Below, one piece after another: positions 1-8,853 of a stretch of DNA of 64,000 bases (position 1 is the stretch's first letter; the number at the start of each line of letters is the position of its first letter). The stretch covers positions 6,751 through 70,750 of the IMG/VR virus record IMGVR_UViG_3300025668_000786; one strand, written 5' to 3'. The notes beneath the pieces are model-generated. The model saw nothing but the letters and a program-made list of their open reading frames with translations. It had not been told where the DNA came from and did not search any database. The DNA comes from a virus. Made by a program: the position numbers and the translations under genes.

Positions 1-879
1 ATCAATCAATTCACGGACTTCAACAACTTCACCTACAGGCCAAAGGTTAACTACAAGAATCAGATTTATTCATTTCCAATAAATTTGATGACCCTATATC
101 AAGTGTGCGGCGCGTCTACACCCAGCGAAGCAAAAGTCTATCTAGATAGTGTAAAAATTCATAATGAATCCCCCAAGAACCTAGAAGAGTGGATACTATC
201 ACAGGTCGGCAAAGAATTGTATGAAAAGTTTATTTATGGGTATACATACAAGCAATGGAATACAGATCCTAAAAATTTACCAGCATCAATCATAAAAAGA
301 CTACCGATTAGGCTAACTTATGACGATAACTATTTCAACGACAAGTACCAAGGCATCCCAACCGAGGGGTACTCTCAGATATTTAAAAATATGCTAGAAG
401 GAATTCCTGTAGAATTAGAAAAAAACTACTTGACAAACCGTGACTCATATGATAAAATGGCTAAAAGAGTGGTTTACACAGGGGCGATAGACGAGTTTTT
501 TGAATACGAATACGGAGAATTAGAATGGAGAAGTCTTAGGTTTGAACGTGTTGAACGAAAAAACCTAGACCTTCAGGGGGTAGCAGCGGTAAATTATACA
601 GATGTAGACACACCCCACACGAGAATAATCGAACACAAACATTTTAACAACGTAGGGCAAAAAGATACTGTTTTTACTAAAGAATACCCCCAGACATGGA
701 CGAGGGGTAAAGAAAGATTCTATCCAGTAAACAACAAAAAGAATCAAGATAGATTTTATAAGTACAAAAGCCTAATAGAAGATAAGTATATATTTGGCGG
801 TAGGTTAGCGGAATATAAATACTATGACATGCACCAAGTTATTGCATCTGCAATAAATACAGCAAAGAAAGAGTTGTAA
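1..879 (+). CDS. glf: UDP-galactopyranose mutase (5' partial; frame open from window start)
   Basis: Motifs YTYKQW, IIKRLP, YFNDKYQGIP, YTGAIDEFF, TRIIEHKHF, GRLAEYKYYDMHQVI; frame 1 is open from base 1 (INQFTDFNNFTYRPK...). Confidence 0.93.
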   Translation: MNQFTDFNNFTYRPKVNYKNQIYSFPINLMTLYQVCGASTPSEAKVYLDSVKIHNESPKNLEEWILSQVGKELYEKFIYGYTYKQWNTDPKNLPASIIKRLPIRLTYDDNYFNDKYQGIPTEGYSQIFKNMLEGIPVELEKNYLTNRDSYDKMAKRVVYTGAIDEFFEYEYGELEWRSLRFERVERKNLDLQGVAAVNYTDVDTPHTRIIEHKHFNNVGQKDTVFTKEYPQTWTRGKERFYPVNNKKNQDRFYKYKSLIEDKYIFGGRLAEYKYYDMHQVIASAINTAKKEL

Positions 880-880
880 A

Positions 881-2113
881 ATGAACAGACGAAATTTTAT
901 AGGACATTCAACGGGGCTTGCCGCTCTGTCTATGGCTTCGCTTACTTTTGGTCAGCAGATTATTAAGAATCATTCTAAACTTCATAAAGACCAAAAGGCT
1001 GCGATTCTCATATGGCTGGGCGGCGGCCCTCCTACTATTGATATGTGGGATTTGAAACCGGGAACTAATGAGGGCGGCCCCTTTAAACCCATCAGTACTA
1101 CTGGTGATTTTCAAATCTCAGAACATCTACCGCTCCTTGCTCAAAGAGGGGATGACTTCTCTCTCATTAGGAGTATGAGCACTCGTGAGGCAGATCATGG
1201 TCGTGGATCATATATGATGCACACTGGATTCTCTCCTAATCCCAATATGGTACACCCTTCTGTGGGAGCCGTAGTAGCTAATGAGATTGGCCCAACAAAT
1301 GATAACCTTGAGATACCACCTTTCTTTTCTATCGACTCACGCAGTTTTGGAGGCGGCTTTCTGGGTACTGCTTGGAACCCCTTCTCCGTGAGAAGCAATG
1401 GTACTATACAAGATTTAGGAGGGCAAAATCTAAATGTCAATAGACTAAAAATGCTTTCTATGATTGAAGACAATTTCATAAGAAGCAAGAGAGGGGACAT
1501 GCCCAATGATCACAAGAAGTTACTTGAGAGAACCATTAAGTTGAGCACAAGCCCGCAGATGGACGCTCTAAAGATTCAACAGGAACCCGCACAGGTTCTT
1601 GAGGCGTATGGAAATACGGGATTGGGCCGTGGAGCACTTATGGCTCGGCGTTTAATTCAGCAGGGCGTGCCTTTTGTAGAAGTTGGCTTCGGAGGTTGGG
1701 ATTTGCACAATATGACCCACGAAACCCTCCAGACAAAACTACCACAGTTAGATAGAGTTCTAAATTCTCTGATTTTTGACCTAAAAAGATTGGACATTTG
1801 GGAAAATACTGCTATAATAGTTATGGGGGAATTTGGTCGCACACCTCGCATCAACCAGAATGCTGGTCGTGACCATTGGGCTGCTACGTGGTCCTCGTTT
1901 GTTTCCGGGGGTCTGTTCAAAGGAGGACAGGCTATTGGAAAAACCTCACCTGATGGAAAAATGATTGATGGAAAGTCTTATGTGGCTGCTGATTTGGTAG
2001 CAACAACCCTTACGGCAATGGGAATTGACATAAATAGGAACCATACTGCCAAGAACGGAAGACCGATAAAAATTGCTAATGGCGGTAGCGTAATAAAAGA
2101 ATTGATTTCATAA
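881..2113 (+). CDS. DUF1501 family protein with Tat signal (sulfatase/alkaline-phosphatase-like fold)
   Basis: N-terminal MNRRNFI twin-arginine; ILIWLGGGP..IDMWDLKP, LMARRLIQQGVPFVEV, GWDLH, MGEFGRTPRIN..GRDHW are typical of the family. Confidence 0.9.
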   Translation: MNRRNFIGHSTGLAALSMASLTFGQQIIKNHSKLHKDQKAAILIWLGGGPPTIDMWDLKPGTNEGGPFKPISTTGDFQISEHLPLLAQRGDDFSLIRSMSTREADHGRGSYMMHTGFSPNPNMVHPSVGAVVANEIGPTNDNLEIPPFFSIDSRSFGGGFLGTAWNPFSVRSNGTIQDLGGQNLNVNRLKMLSMIEDNFIRSKRGDMPNDHKKLLERTIKLSTSPQMDALKIQQEPAQVLEAYGNTGLGRGALMARRLIQQGVPFVEVGFGGWDLHNMTHETLQTKLPQLDRVLNSLIFDLKRLDIWENTAIIVMGEFGRTPRINQNAGRDHWAATWSSFVSGGLFKGGQAIGKTSPDGKMIDGKSYVAADLVATTLTAMGIDINRNHTAKNGRPIKIANGGSVIKELIS

Positions 2114-2173
2114 CCTCGCGGTTCACCGCATCACTACGTCAGTTCGTAGTTCACGTTGCCACCGCGTTGTTAT
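2110..2173. repeat. Symmetric double-loop hairpin element, copy 1
   Basis: CGCGGT-TCACCGCATC-ACTACG-tcagtt-CGTAGT-TCACGTTGCC-ACCGCG, with outer extension ATAAC/GTTAT; same architecture at 6064 and 23344. Confidence 0.75.
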
Positions 2174-2193
2174 GTTTTTTATTGAGAAAGAAT

Positions 2194-3798
2194 ATGAAAT
2201 ACCCACTTTGTAATTACACACACTATTCGTTGCTGAAGGGCTTCTCTAAGCCTAAACAGCTATCCAAGAAATGCGTTGAGAACGAATACGTTGCCTGCGG
2301 CATCTCTGACTACAAGTCAATATCGGGGGCGGTGTCATTCCATAAGTCCTGTCAAGACAATGGTATTAAACCCATCATCGGGTGTTCGTTTGATCACTAT
2401 ACCCTGTTTGCAATAAATAAGCAGGGCTGGTTTGACTTGATTGAGATTGTGTCCTCGTTAAGCGCAGAGGGTAATGAGTATTTTCACATTACGAAAGAAA
2501 TCTGCAAGCGTAATAATTTGATCTGTGTGACTAACAGCCAGTCTCCGTGTGATGCATCTCTAACGTTCAAGCCCACTCCTCTCACGTCGCCTTCTCATTA
2601 CGTTGAACAAGCAGACGCTCATCTTCACAGAATCCTACTGTGTTCAGCTATGAAGACAACCCTGCCAAAAGTCAATACGCTTTTGAGGTCTGGCAACCTG
2701 GAACAAAATGAAGAATTCTTTTTAAAGGACACTTTCTATGTAAAGTCAAAAGACGAAATGCCCGACGATGAGTATGGTGAGCGATCCCTAGAGCGGATAT
2801 ACAACCTATGTGAAGACTATGAAATACTCAGTCCTCCAATGCTTCCGAAGTTCCCGACCCCAACGGGAGAGTCCGAAGAAGAATATCTAAAAAGTCTAGC
2901 TAGAAAAGGTTGGATAAAATTTCTACACAATACGGGAAAGGTAGAAAAGGAAGAAGACAAGCAAAAATATCTTGACAGATTTACTATGGAGTTTGATGTT
3001 ATTAAGCAGGCAAACCTTTTTGGTTACTTTCTAATCGTTCAAGACATCATACGTTATGTAAAGAGCCAAGGGTGGCTTTCGGGGCCGGGTAGGGGTTCTG
3101 CTGCTGGGTGTTTAATATCCTACATTGTTGAAATCACAGAGATAGACCCCATAGAATTCGACCTACTATTTGAAAGGTTTTTTAATGCCGCAAGAACTGA
3201 TGCCTTACCGGACATTGATATGGATGTCCCAGCTAACAAGCGTGATGATATCATTGAATATCTTAAAAATACTTACGGAAAAGATAACGTGAGTCAGATG
3301 CTTACATTTGGTAGACTACAGGGAAGGAGCGCCGTAAAGGAGGTTTTGAGGGTTAGCGACGTGTGCGGCTTTGGTGAGATGAATGAGATCACAAGCCACA
3401 TAGCAGACGAAGCAGCGATCTCTGACCAGCTACAGGAGATGGATGAAGAAGATAGGTCTATTATCAGATGGTCACTAGTTAATAATGCTGACGATCTGCG
3501 AGACTTTTGCTTTATCAACGAAGACGGGAAGCTAGACGGTGACTATGCAGAGTTCTTTGACCAGGCTATACAGATTGAGGGGACGTTTAAAACACAGGGC
3601 AAACACCCAGCAGGGGTTGTTATCTCGGCAGAACCCCTTTACAAAGTTTGCCCAATGGTAAATCAAAAAAGCGGAGGAGAAAAAATTGCAGGACTAGAAA
3701 TGGCTGATTTGGAAGCACTCGGACATGTTAAGTTTGATGTGCTTGGACTTACATTACTTGACAAGATTATGAAAATAGAGGAGCTAATAAATGGCTAG
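2194..3798 (+). CDS. dnaE: DNA polymerase III alpha, N-terminal half (degenerate PHP + palm/thumb)
   Basis: THYSLLKG, GPGRGSAAG, LLFERFFN, PDIDMD, GKHPAGVVIS, KFDVLGL; stops shortly after KFDVLGL. ATG 2194 preferred over TTG 2167. Confidence 0.92.
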   Translation: MKYPLCNYTHYSLLKGFSKPKQLSKKCVENEYVACGISDYKSISGAVSFHKSCQDNGIKPIIGCSFDHYTLFAINKQGWFDLIEIVSSLSAEGNEYFHITKEICKRNNLICVTNSQSPCDASLTFKPTPLTSPSHYVEQADAHLHRILLCSAMKTTLPKVNTLLRSGNLEQNEEFFLKDTFYVKSKDEMPDDEYGERSLERIYNLCEDYEILSPPMLPKFPTPTGESEEEYLKSLARKGWIKFLHNTGKVEKEEDKQKYLDRFTMEFDVIKQANLFGYFLIVQDIIRYVKSQGWLSGPGRGSAAGCLISYIVEITEIDPIEFDLLFERFFNAARTDALPDIDMDVPANKRDDIIEYLKNTYGKDNVSQMLTFGRLQGRSAVKEVLRVSDVCGFGEMNEITSHIADEAAISDQLQEMDEEDRSIIRWSLVNNADDLRDFCFINEDGKLDGDYAEFFDQAIQIEGTFKTQGKHPAGVVISAEPLYKVCPMVNQKSGGEKIAGLEMADLEALGHVKFDVLGLTLLDKIMKIEELING

Positions 3799-4471
3799 TA
3801 GAGATATAATTGTATTCGATTTTGAAACAGGCGGTAGAGACCCCAATACGTGTCAGCCGACACAGTTGGCGGCCATAGCCCTAGATGGTAGAAACTTTAA
3901 ACTGAAGGGGTCTTTCAATAGCGAGATCCGTGCAGAAGTAGATGACGAAAAAGCCGTCAAGAAAGGTTTAGGCCCAATCGAAGAAGGGGCGCTTAAAGTC
4001 ACCGGAAAGACACGGGCAGAAATTGCCAAAGCTCCGCACCTTAAAACCGTGTGGAAAAAGTTTACTCAGTTTGTAGACAAGTATAACTGGAAGGGTACAC
4101 CTTTCTTTGCCCCTATCCCAGCAGGATTTAATATCATTGGGTACGACATGGTTATCATTAATAGACTATGTAAAGAGTTTGGACCATACGATGATAAAAG
4201 AGAGCGCCAAAAACTGTTTAGTGCAGTATACAAGATTGATGTTATGGACAATGTTTTTATGTGGACAGAGGGCGACCCTAGTGTCAAATCTATCAGTATG
4301 GACGCGATGAGAGAAAGGATGGGAATGTCTAGTGAAAACTCTCACGACGCCCTACAGGACGTTAAAGACACTGCGAACATAATGATTAAGTTCATGAAGA
4401 CCCACCGTGCTGTATACAGAAATCTAAAAGTTGAAAACGCATTTGCTGACGCTGGAGACCTGTATGTCTAA
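3791..4471 (+). CDS. DEDDh 3'-5' exonuclease (DnaQ/epsilon-like)
   Basis: ExoI VFDFETGG, ExoII GFNIIGYD, ExoIII HDALQDV; 8-nt overlaps with both dnaE halves. Confidence 0.88.
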   Translation: MASRDIIVFDFETGGRDPNTCQPTQLAAIALDGRNFKLKGSFNSEIRAEVDDEKAVKKGLGPIEEGALKVTGKTRAEIAKAPHLKTVWKKFTQFVDKYNWKGTPFFAPIPAGFNIIGYDMVIINRLCKEFGPYDDKRERQKLFSAVYKIDVMDNVFMWTEGDPSVKSISMDAMRERMGMSSENSHDALQDVKDTANIMIKFMKTHRAVYRNLKVENAFADAGDLYV

Positions 4472-6014
4472 GGTCGATATAACAGACCAGAAAACTTGGG
4501 ATCTATTCAAGAACGGATACACAAAGGGTGTATTCCAACTTGAAAGTAATCATGGAAGAAATTGGTCTAGAAAATTAGCCCCATCAAACCTTGAAGAGTT
4601 GTCGGCATTGATAGCGATTATCAGGCCGGGAACCCAAAAGGATCAGCGTCAGCAATTCGTTGATAGAAAACATGGGCGTGAAGAGGTTACTTATACAGAT
4701 AAGTCGCTAGAGGACATCCTCAAAAAGACATATGGCATTTTAGTTTATCAAGAGCAGTCTATGCGTATAGCCCAAAGTCTAGCAGGGTTCGATCTTAAAG
4801 AAGCCGACGAGCTACGTAAAGCCATTGGTAAGAAAAAAGCCGACCTTATGGCTAAGGTCAAGACTAAGTTTGTCAAGGGCTGTATAAAACAAAGGGTCGT
4901 AACAAAGGATGCCGCAGAGGAAATCTTTAGTTTGATTGAAAAGTCTGCTAGGTATGCGTTCAATAAGTCTCACAGTGTGGCTTATGCCGTAAATGCCTAT
5001 AATACAGCTTGGTACAAAGCAAACCATACGACAGAGTTTTTCTTGTCTTACCTGTACTATGCCGCTGACAAGCAAGATCCTCACCAGGAAGTCTACGAAT
5101 TGGTTTCAGAGGCTAAACTATTTTCTATCGAAACAAAAATACCAAACCTGACACAGTTTAGTGAAAAGTTTGTTGCAGTAGGTAGAGATATATACTTTGG
5201 CGTTAAGGATGTCAAATCCCTGACGGGTGTTACTGGAGATAAAGTTATCTCATCGATAGCAGAGGTTGAGGAAGAGACCAAGATAAAGTCTAAAAATCTA
5301 ACATGGCTAGACGTTTTAATCTACCTGTCTCCTAAAATTAATGCTACGGCTTTTAAGGCTCTAGCGTCTATCGGGTTCTTTAGCATAAAGTCCACAAAGG
5401 TCTCACGTAACAAAGCCCTATACGAGTATGAAATATTCAAAATGCTCACCAAGAAGGAAAAGGAGTGGGTCTTAAATAACTACTCAGATAAAAAGTGGAC
5501 AACCCTAGAAGAGTGCATGATAGATCTATGTCCAACAAAGAAAAACGGCGGTGGGACACACAACGTAGCTCGCAGCCAACTGATTGAGAATGAATTAGAA
5601 ATGATTCGCAATCCACCGTTTAGCTTGGACGACGACCCGTCTTGGATCGTAGCTCAAGAGGTTAAGTTTCTGGGGTGTCCAATTTCCCTTGCTAAAATTG
5701 ATGCTGCCGACACATCGGAAGCTACTACGACTTGTAAAGAAATTGTAGACGGCAAGCATGGTAAGAACCTATGCGTAGCTGGAAACATAGTAAGAGAAGT
5801 GTCCTTCAAAACTAAGAATGGAAAGAGTGCGGGACAGCTAATGTCGTTCCTGACAATCGAAGATGACACTTGCACCCTTGACGGCGTTGTTGTTTTTCCA
5901 GAGGCTCGGAAGCTACACGAGTACATGTTATACGAAGGGAACAACCTGCTTTTCTGCGGAGAGGTCAAAAAAGGGGACAATTCCTTTATTATTGAGAAAA
6001 TTCACGAAATTTAA
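4464..6014 (+). CDS. dnaE: DNA polymerase III alpha, C-terminal half (fingers, HhH, OB fold)
   Basis: D.KTWDLF..G.TKGVFQLES, LIAIIRPG, TYGILVYQEQ.M, ADELRKAIGKK, YAFNKSHSVAYA, C-terminal OB (M.FLTIED...VVVFP). ATG at 4464. Confidence 0.92.
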   Translation: MSKVDITDQKTWDLFKNGYTKGVFQLESNHGRNWSRKLAPSNLEELSALIAIIRPGTQKDQRQQFVDRKHGREEVTYTDKSLEDILKKTYGILVYQEQSMRIAQSLAGFDLKEADELRKAIGKKKADLMAKVKTKFVKGCIKQRVVTKDAAEEIFSLIEKSARYAFNKSHSVAYAVNAYNTAWYKANHTTEFFLSYLYYAADKQDPHQEVYELVSEAKLFSIETKIPNLTQFSEKFVAVGRDIYFGVKDVKSLTGVTGDKVISSIAEVEEETKIKSKNLTWLDVLIYLSPKINATAFKALASIGFFSIKSTKVSRNKALYEYEIFKMLTKKEKEWVLNNYSDKKWTTLEECMIDLCPTKKNGGGTHNVARSQLIENELEMIRNPPFSLDDDPSWIVAQEVKFLGCPISLAKIDAADTSEATTTCKEIVDGKHGKNLCVAGNIVREVSFKTKNGKSAGQLMSFLTIEDDTCTLDGVVVFPEARKLHEYMLYEGNNLLFCGEVKKGDNSFIIEKIHEI

Positions 6015-6043
6015 TTGGTTTTTTTGCGTTTGTAGACTATAAT
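6015..6043 (+). promoter_or_regulatory. Sigma70-like promoter upstream of ssb/glycosylation operon
   Basis: TTGGTT (6015-6020), 17-nt spacer, perfect TATAAT (6038-6043). Confidence 0.5.
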
Positions 6044-6063
6044 AGGGTGTTGTTAAATATTAC

Positions 6064-6126
6064 AGCGGACCTAGATTCAGCCGATCATTTAGATCAATCT
6101 AAATTCAGTATCTTATCTAGGCCGCT
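6064..6126. repeat. Symmetric double-loop hairpin element, copy 2
   Basis: AGCGG-A-CCTAGAT-TCAGCCGATC-ATTTAGA-tcaa-TCTAAAT-TCAGTATCTT-ATCTAGG-CCGCT. Confidence 0.75.
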
Positions 6127-6156
6127 TTTCAAATTGCACCCTGTTGAGGACTAAGA

Positions 6157-6474
6157 ATGAACGTTTGTACTTTTACTGGATTTGTAGTTGACGCACCAGA
6201 GCTTTCGGTAGAGGATGGGGCCAGTGTAGTCGAACTGACCATCGTGTCGTATACATACCGCCGATCTAAAGCTACAGGCGAAAAAACCAGAATACCAACC
6301 TATATCAATCTAGAGGCTTGGTCTTCGGGAGCAGAGACTATAGAAAAGCTAGTAGACAAGGGTACAAAGATAACGGTGTACTGCTCTGCTAGAAACGTAT
6401 CTCAGGAGGACTGTTCCATAGTCTTCAGGATTAATGAATTTGACATTTGCCAGCCTGACTGTCAGCAAGAATAG
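6157..6474 (+). CDS. ssb: Single-stranded DNA-binding protein (short OB fold, no acidic DIPF-type tail)
   Basis: MNVCTFTGFVVDAPEL...YINLEAW..GAE.I.K.V.KG.KITV pattern of bacterial-type SSB. Confidence 0.75.
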   Translation: MNVCTFTGFVVDAPELSVEDGASVVELTIVSYTYRRSKATGEKTRIPTYINLEAWSSGAETIEKLVDKGTKITVYCSARNVSQEDCSIVFRINEFDICQPDCQQE

Positions 6475-6492
6475 CAGTTGTAAAGGATTAAT

Positions 6493-8178
6493 ATGAGAAA
6501 AAAGCGTATACTTTTTTGTAGCGAAGCTACCTTTTTAAACACGGGCTATGCCACCTACACTAGAGAAATCCTTAACTACTTGCATTCTACCGGCAAGTAT
6601 GAAATTGCAGAAATGGCATCCTACGGTCAACGTAACGACCCACGGGCAGCAAACATACCGTGGAAGTACTATGGGGTTATGCCCAATAGAGAATGTGAGC
6701 CAAAATCCTCGGAAGAAGAGTGTAGACAGTATGACTCAAAAGGTACTAACCAATTTGGTGAGTGGATTTTTGAACATGTCTGTTTAGATTTTTTACCGGA
6801 TATTGTATGTGATATACGTGACTTTTGGATGTTAGATTTTGCAGAAAGGTCGCCCTTCCGACCCTGCTTTAAATGGGCTATCATGCCTACTGTAGACGCA
6901 AGACCACAGGCTAGACAGTGGGTCGCTACATACGCCTCTGCTGATGCCTGTTTTACATATTCAGATTGGGCGGGTGGAGTCCTGGCGGATCAATCGGGAG
7001 GAAAGATTAATTATTTGGGAAGTGCCCCTCCGTCAGCCCACCCCGCCTATCATCCTGTTGAAGATAAGAAGGCTCATAAGCAAAAGCATGGGATTGATCC
7101 CAAATACAAGATCATTGGCACAGTAATGCGAAACCAACGTCGCAAGCTGTATCCAGATCTTTTTGCAGCCTTTAAGAAGTTCTTGGATCAGGCTGAGAGT
7201 AAAGACTATTATCTATACTGTCATACTAGCTACCCAGATCTAGGTTGGAATATTCCTGAGCTATTGCAAGAAAATGAACTATCGTCTCATGTATTGTTTA
7301 CATACATATGCAACGAAACTCAAAAACCATTCCCCTCGCTGTTTAAGGGGGCAGTAGCGCAATCTCCATTTACTGGCCAGTGGTGTGCTACACTGTCTAA
7401 TGTCAAGAATGGAGCTTCTTACGAAGACCTTTCTGATATTGTCAATCTCTTTGACCTCTATACTCAGTATGCCAACTGTGAGGGTTTTGGCCTGCCGTAT
7501 GTAGAAGCTGCGGCTTGTGGTATACCAGTGTGCGGCACTGACTACTCCGCTATGGAGAGCGAGATTAGAAAGCTGGATGGATACCCCCTTAAGCCAGCAG
7601 GCTTGTATAAGGAGCTAGAGACAGGTTGTTTACGCGCAGTCCCAGATAACGATAGGGCGGCAGAGTTTTTCTTGAATTTCTTTGAGAAAGACAAAAATGA
7701 CGAAGACAGATTAAAAATTGGCGAAAGAACACGAGAAAACTTCGAGAAACATTTCCAGTGGCACCTCAGTGGTAAAAAATGGGAAGATTACTTTGACAGC
7801 GTAGAACTGTTGCCTATTGAGAGAACCTGGGGCGCTCCACCAAGAGTACACCAGCCAGAAGAATTACCAAAAGAAATCCCAAAGAATGCAGCCAATGGAG
7901 ACATAGCAAGGTGGTTGATAGCTAAAGTTTTATGTGAACCAGAAAGAATGGGTACATTTTTTGAAATGAGGCTCACCAAAGACCTAACCTACAAAACAAC
8001 GACATCAATGACCGGAGGTATGTATTTCAACGAGTCGTCAGCGTCCTTTGACAATCCAAACCCCTTGCAACCATTTAGCTTGCAAGACGCTTATAATAAT
8101 TTAAGGAGCTTATGTGAGAGAAGAAACCATTGGGAGAATATAAGGATACAAAAGATAAATCAAATGAGAGGTGCATAG
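6493..8178 (+). CDS. Glycosyltransferase, GT-B/GT4-like
   Basis: IIGTVMRNQRRK, EGFGLPYVEAAACGIPV..TDYSAM. Confidence 0.85.
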   Translation: MRKKRILFCSEATFLNTGYATYTREILNYLHSTGKYEIAEMASYGQRNDPRAANIPWKYYGVMPNRECEPKSSEEECRQYDSKGTNQFGEWIFEHVCLDFLPDIVCDIRDFWMLDFAERSPFRPCFKWAIMPTVDARPQARQWVATYASADACFTYSDWAGGVLADQSGGKINYLGSAPPSAHPAYHPVEDKKAHKQKHGIDPKYKIIGTVMRNQRRKLYPDLFAAFKKFLDQAESKDYYLYCHTSYPDLGWNIPELLQENELSSHVLFTYICNETQKPFPSLFKGAVAQSPFTGQWCATLSNVKNGASYEDLSDIVNLFDLYTQYANCEGFGLPYVEAAACGIPVCGTDYSAMESEIRKLDGYPLKPAGLYKELETGCLRAVPDNDRAAEFFLNFFEKDKNDEDRLKIGERTRENFEKHFQWHLSGKKWEDYFDSVELLPIERTWGAPPRVHQPEELPKEIPKNAANGDIARWLIAKVLCEPERMGTFFEMRLTKDLTYKTTTSMTGGMYFNESSASFDNPNPLQPFSLQDAYNNLRSLCERRNHWENIRIQKINQMRGA

Positions 8179-8850
8179 GTGTTATTCTTAGACAAGGTTA
8201 AAGATAAATACCCAAACCTAAAAAATATATTTGAAGTTGGGGCACATCGAGGATATGACATATCAGACATTCTGGAAAAATGGCCAGATGCAAAAATTTA
8301 TGCGTTTGAAGCAGACCCATTCAACTATAAAATATGCGATGAAAAATTCAAAGATGTTAAGAACGTTGAAGTCCATCACCTCGCAGTGACATACAAGACA
8401 TCGCCGGTAATCTTTAACAGGTTCTACGACCTAGAAACAATTCCAGACGAAGAAACGCTTGTCGGTAAGAATTTGCAAAATACAGGACAAGGGTCGATAC
8501 TAAAATCTGGAAAAGGTATGACCGAAATTTTTAAAGTTAAGGATGTGGTTGAAGAAATAACAGTAAACGGAATTTGTCTATATGATTTCTGTAGGGAAAA
8601 TGCTATACAAAACATTGATGCTGTTTTTATGGACGTTCAAGGTGCAGAAATGCAGGTTTTATGCGGATGTAAGGACTTAATGGCCACCGTTAAAGCAGTT
8701 ATATTAGAGTGGTCTAGCAATTACGTGATGTATGAAGGTGAAACAGACTTCATCTATATTAAAAAATTTCTTGAAGAGGGGGGAATGGAAGAGATAGCTA
8801 GGGAGTATCAATTCGAGGGTATTTCTGGCGACTCACTATTCTTGAGGTAG
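8179..8850 (+). CDS. FkbM-family SAM methyltransferase
   Basis: IFEVGAH.G, YAFEADP, IDAVFMDVQGAEMQVL.G. Confidence 0.88.
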   Translation: MLFLDKVKDKYPNLKNIFEVGAHRGYDISDILEKWPDAKIYAFEADPFNYKICDEKFKDVKNVEVHHLAVTYKTSPVIFNRFYDLETIPDEETLVGKNLQNTGQGSILKSGKGMTEIFKVKDVVEEITVNGICLYDFCRENAIQNIDAVFMDVQGAEMQVLCGCKDLMATVKAVILEWSSNYVMYEGETDFIYIKKFLEEGGMEEIAREYQFEGISGDSLFLR

Positions 8851-8853
8851 ACA

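Noticed and set aside
3700-4520. Split intein or group I intron explaining the split dnaE
   Set aside because: No intein terminal motifs, and no non-coding space for an intron core: the exonuclease ORF fills the whole gap
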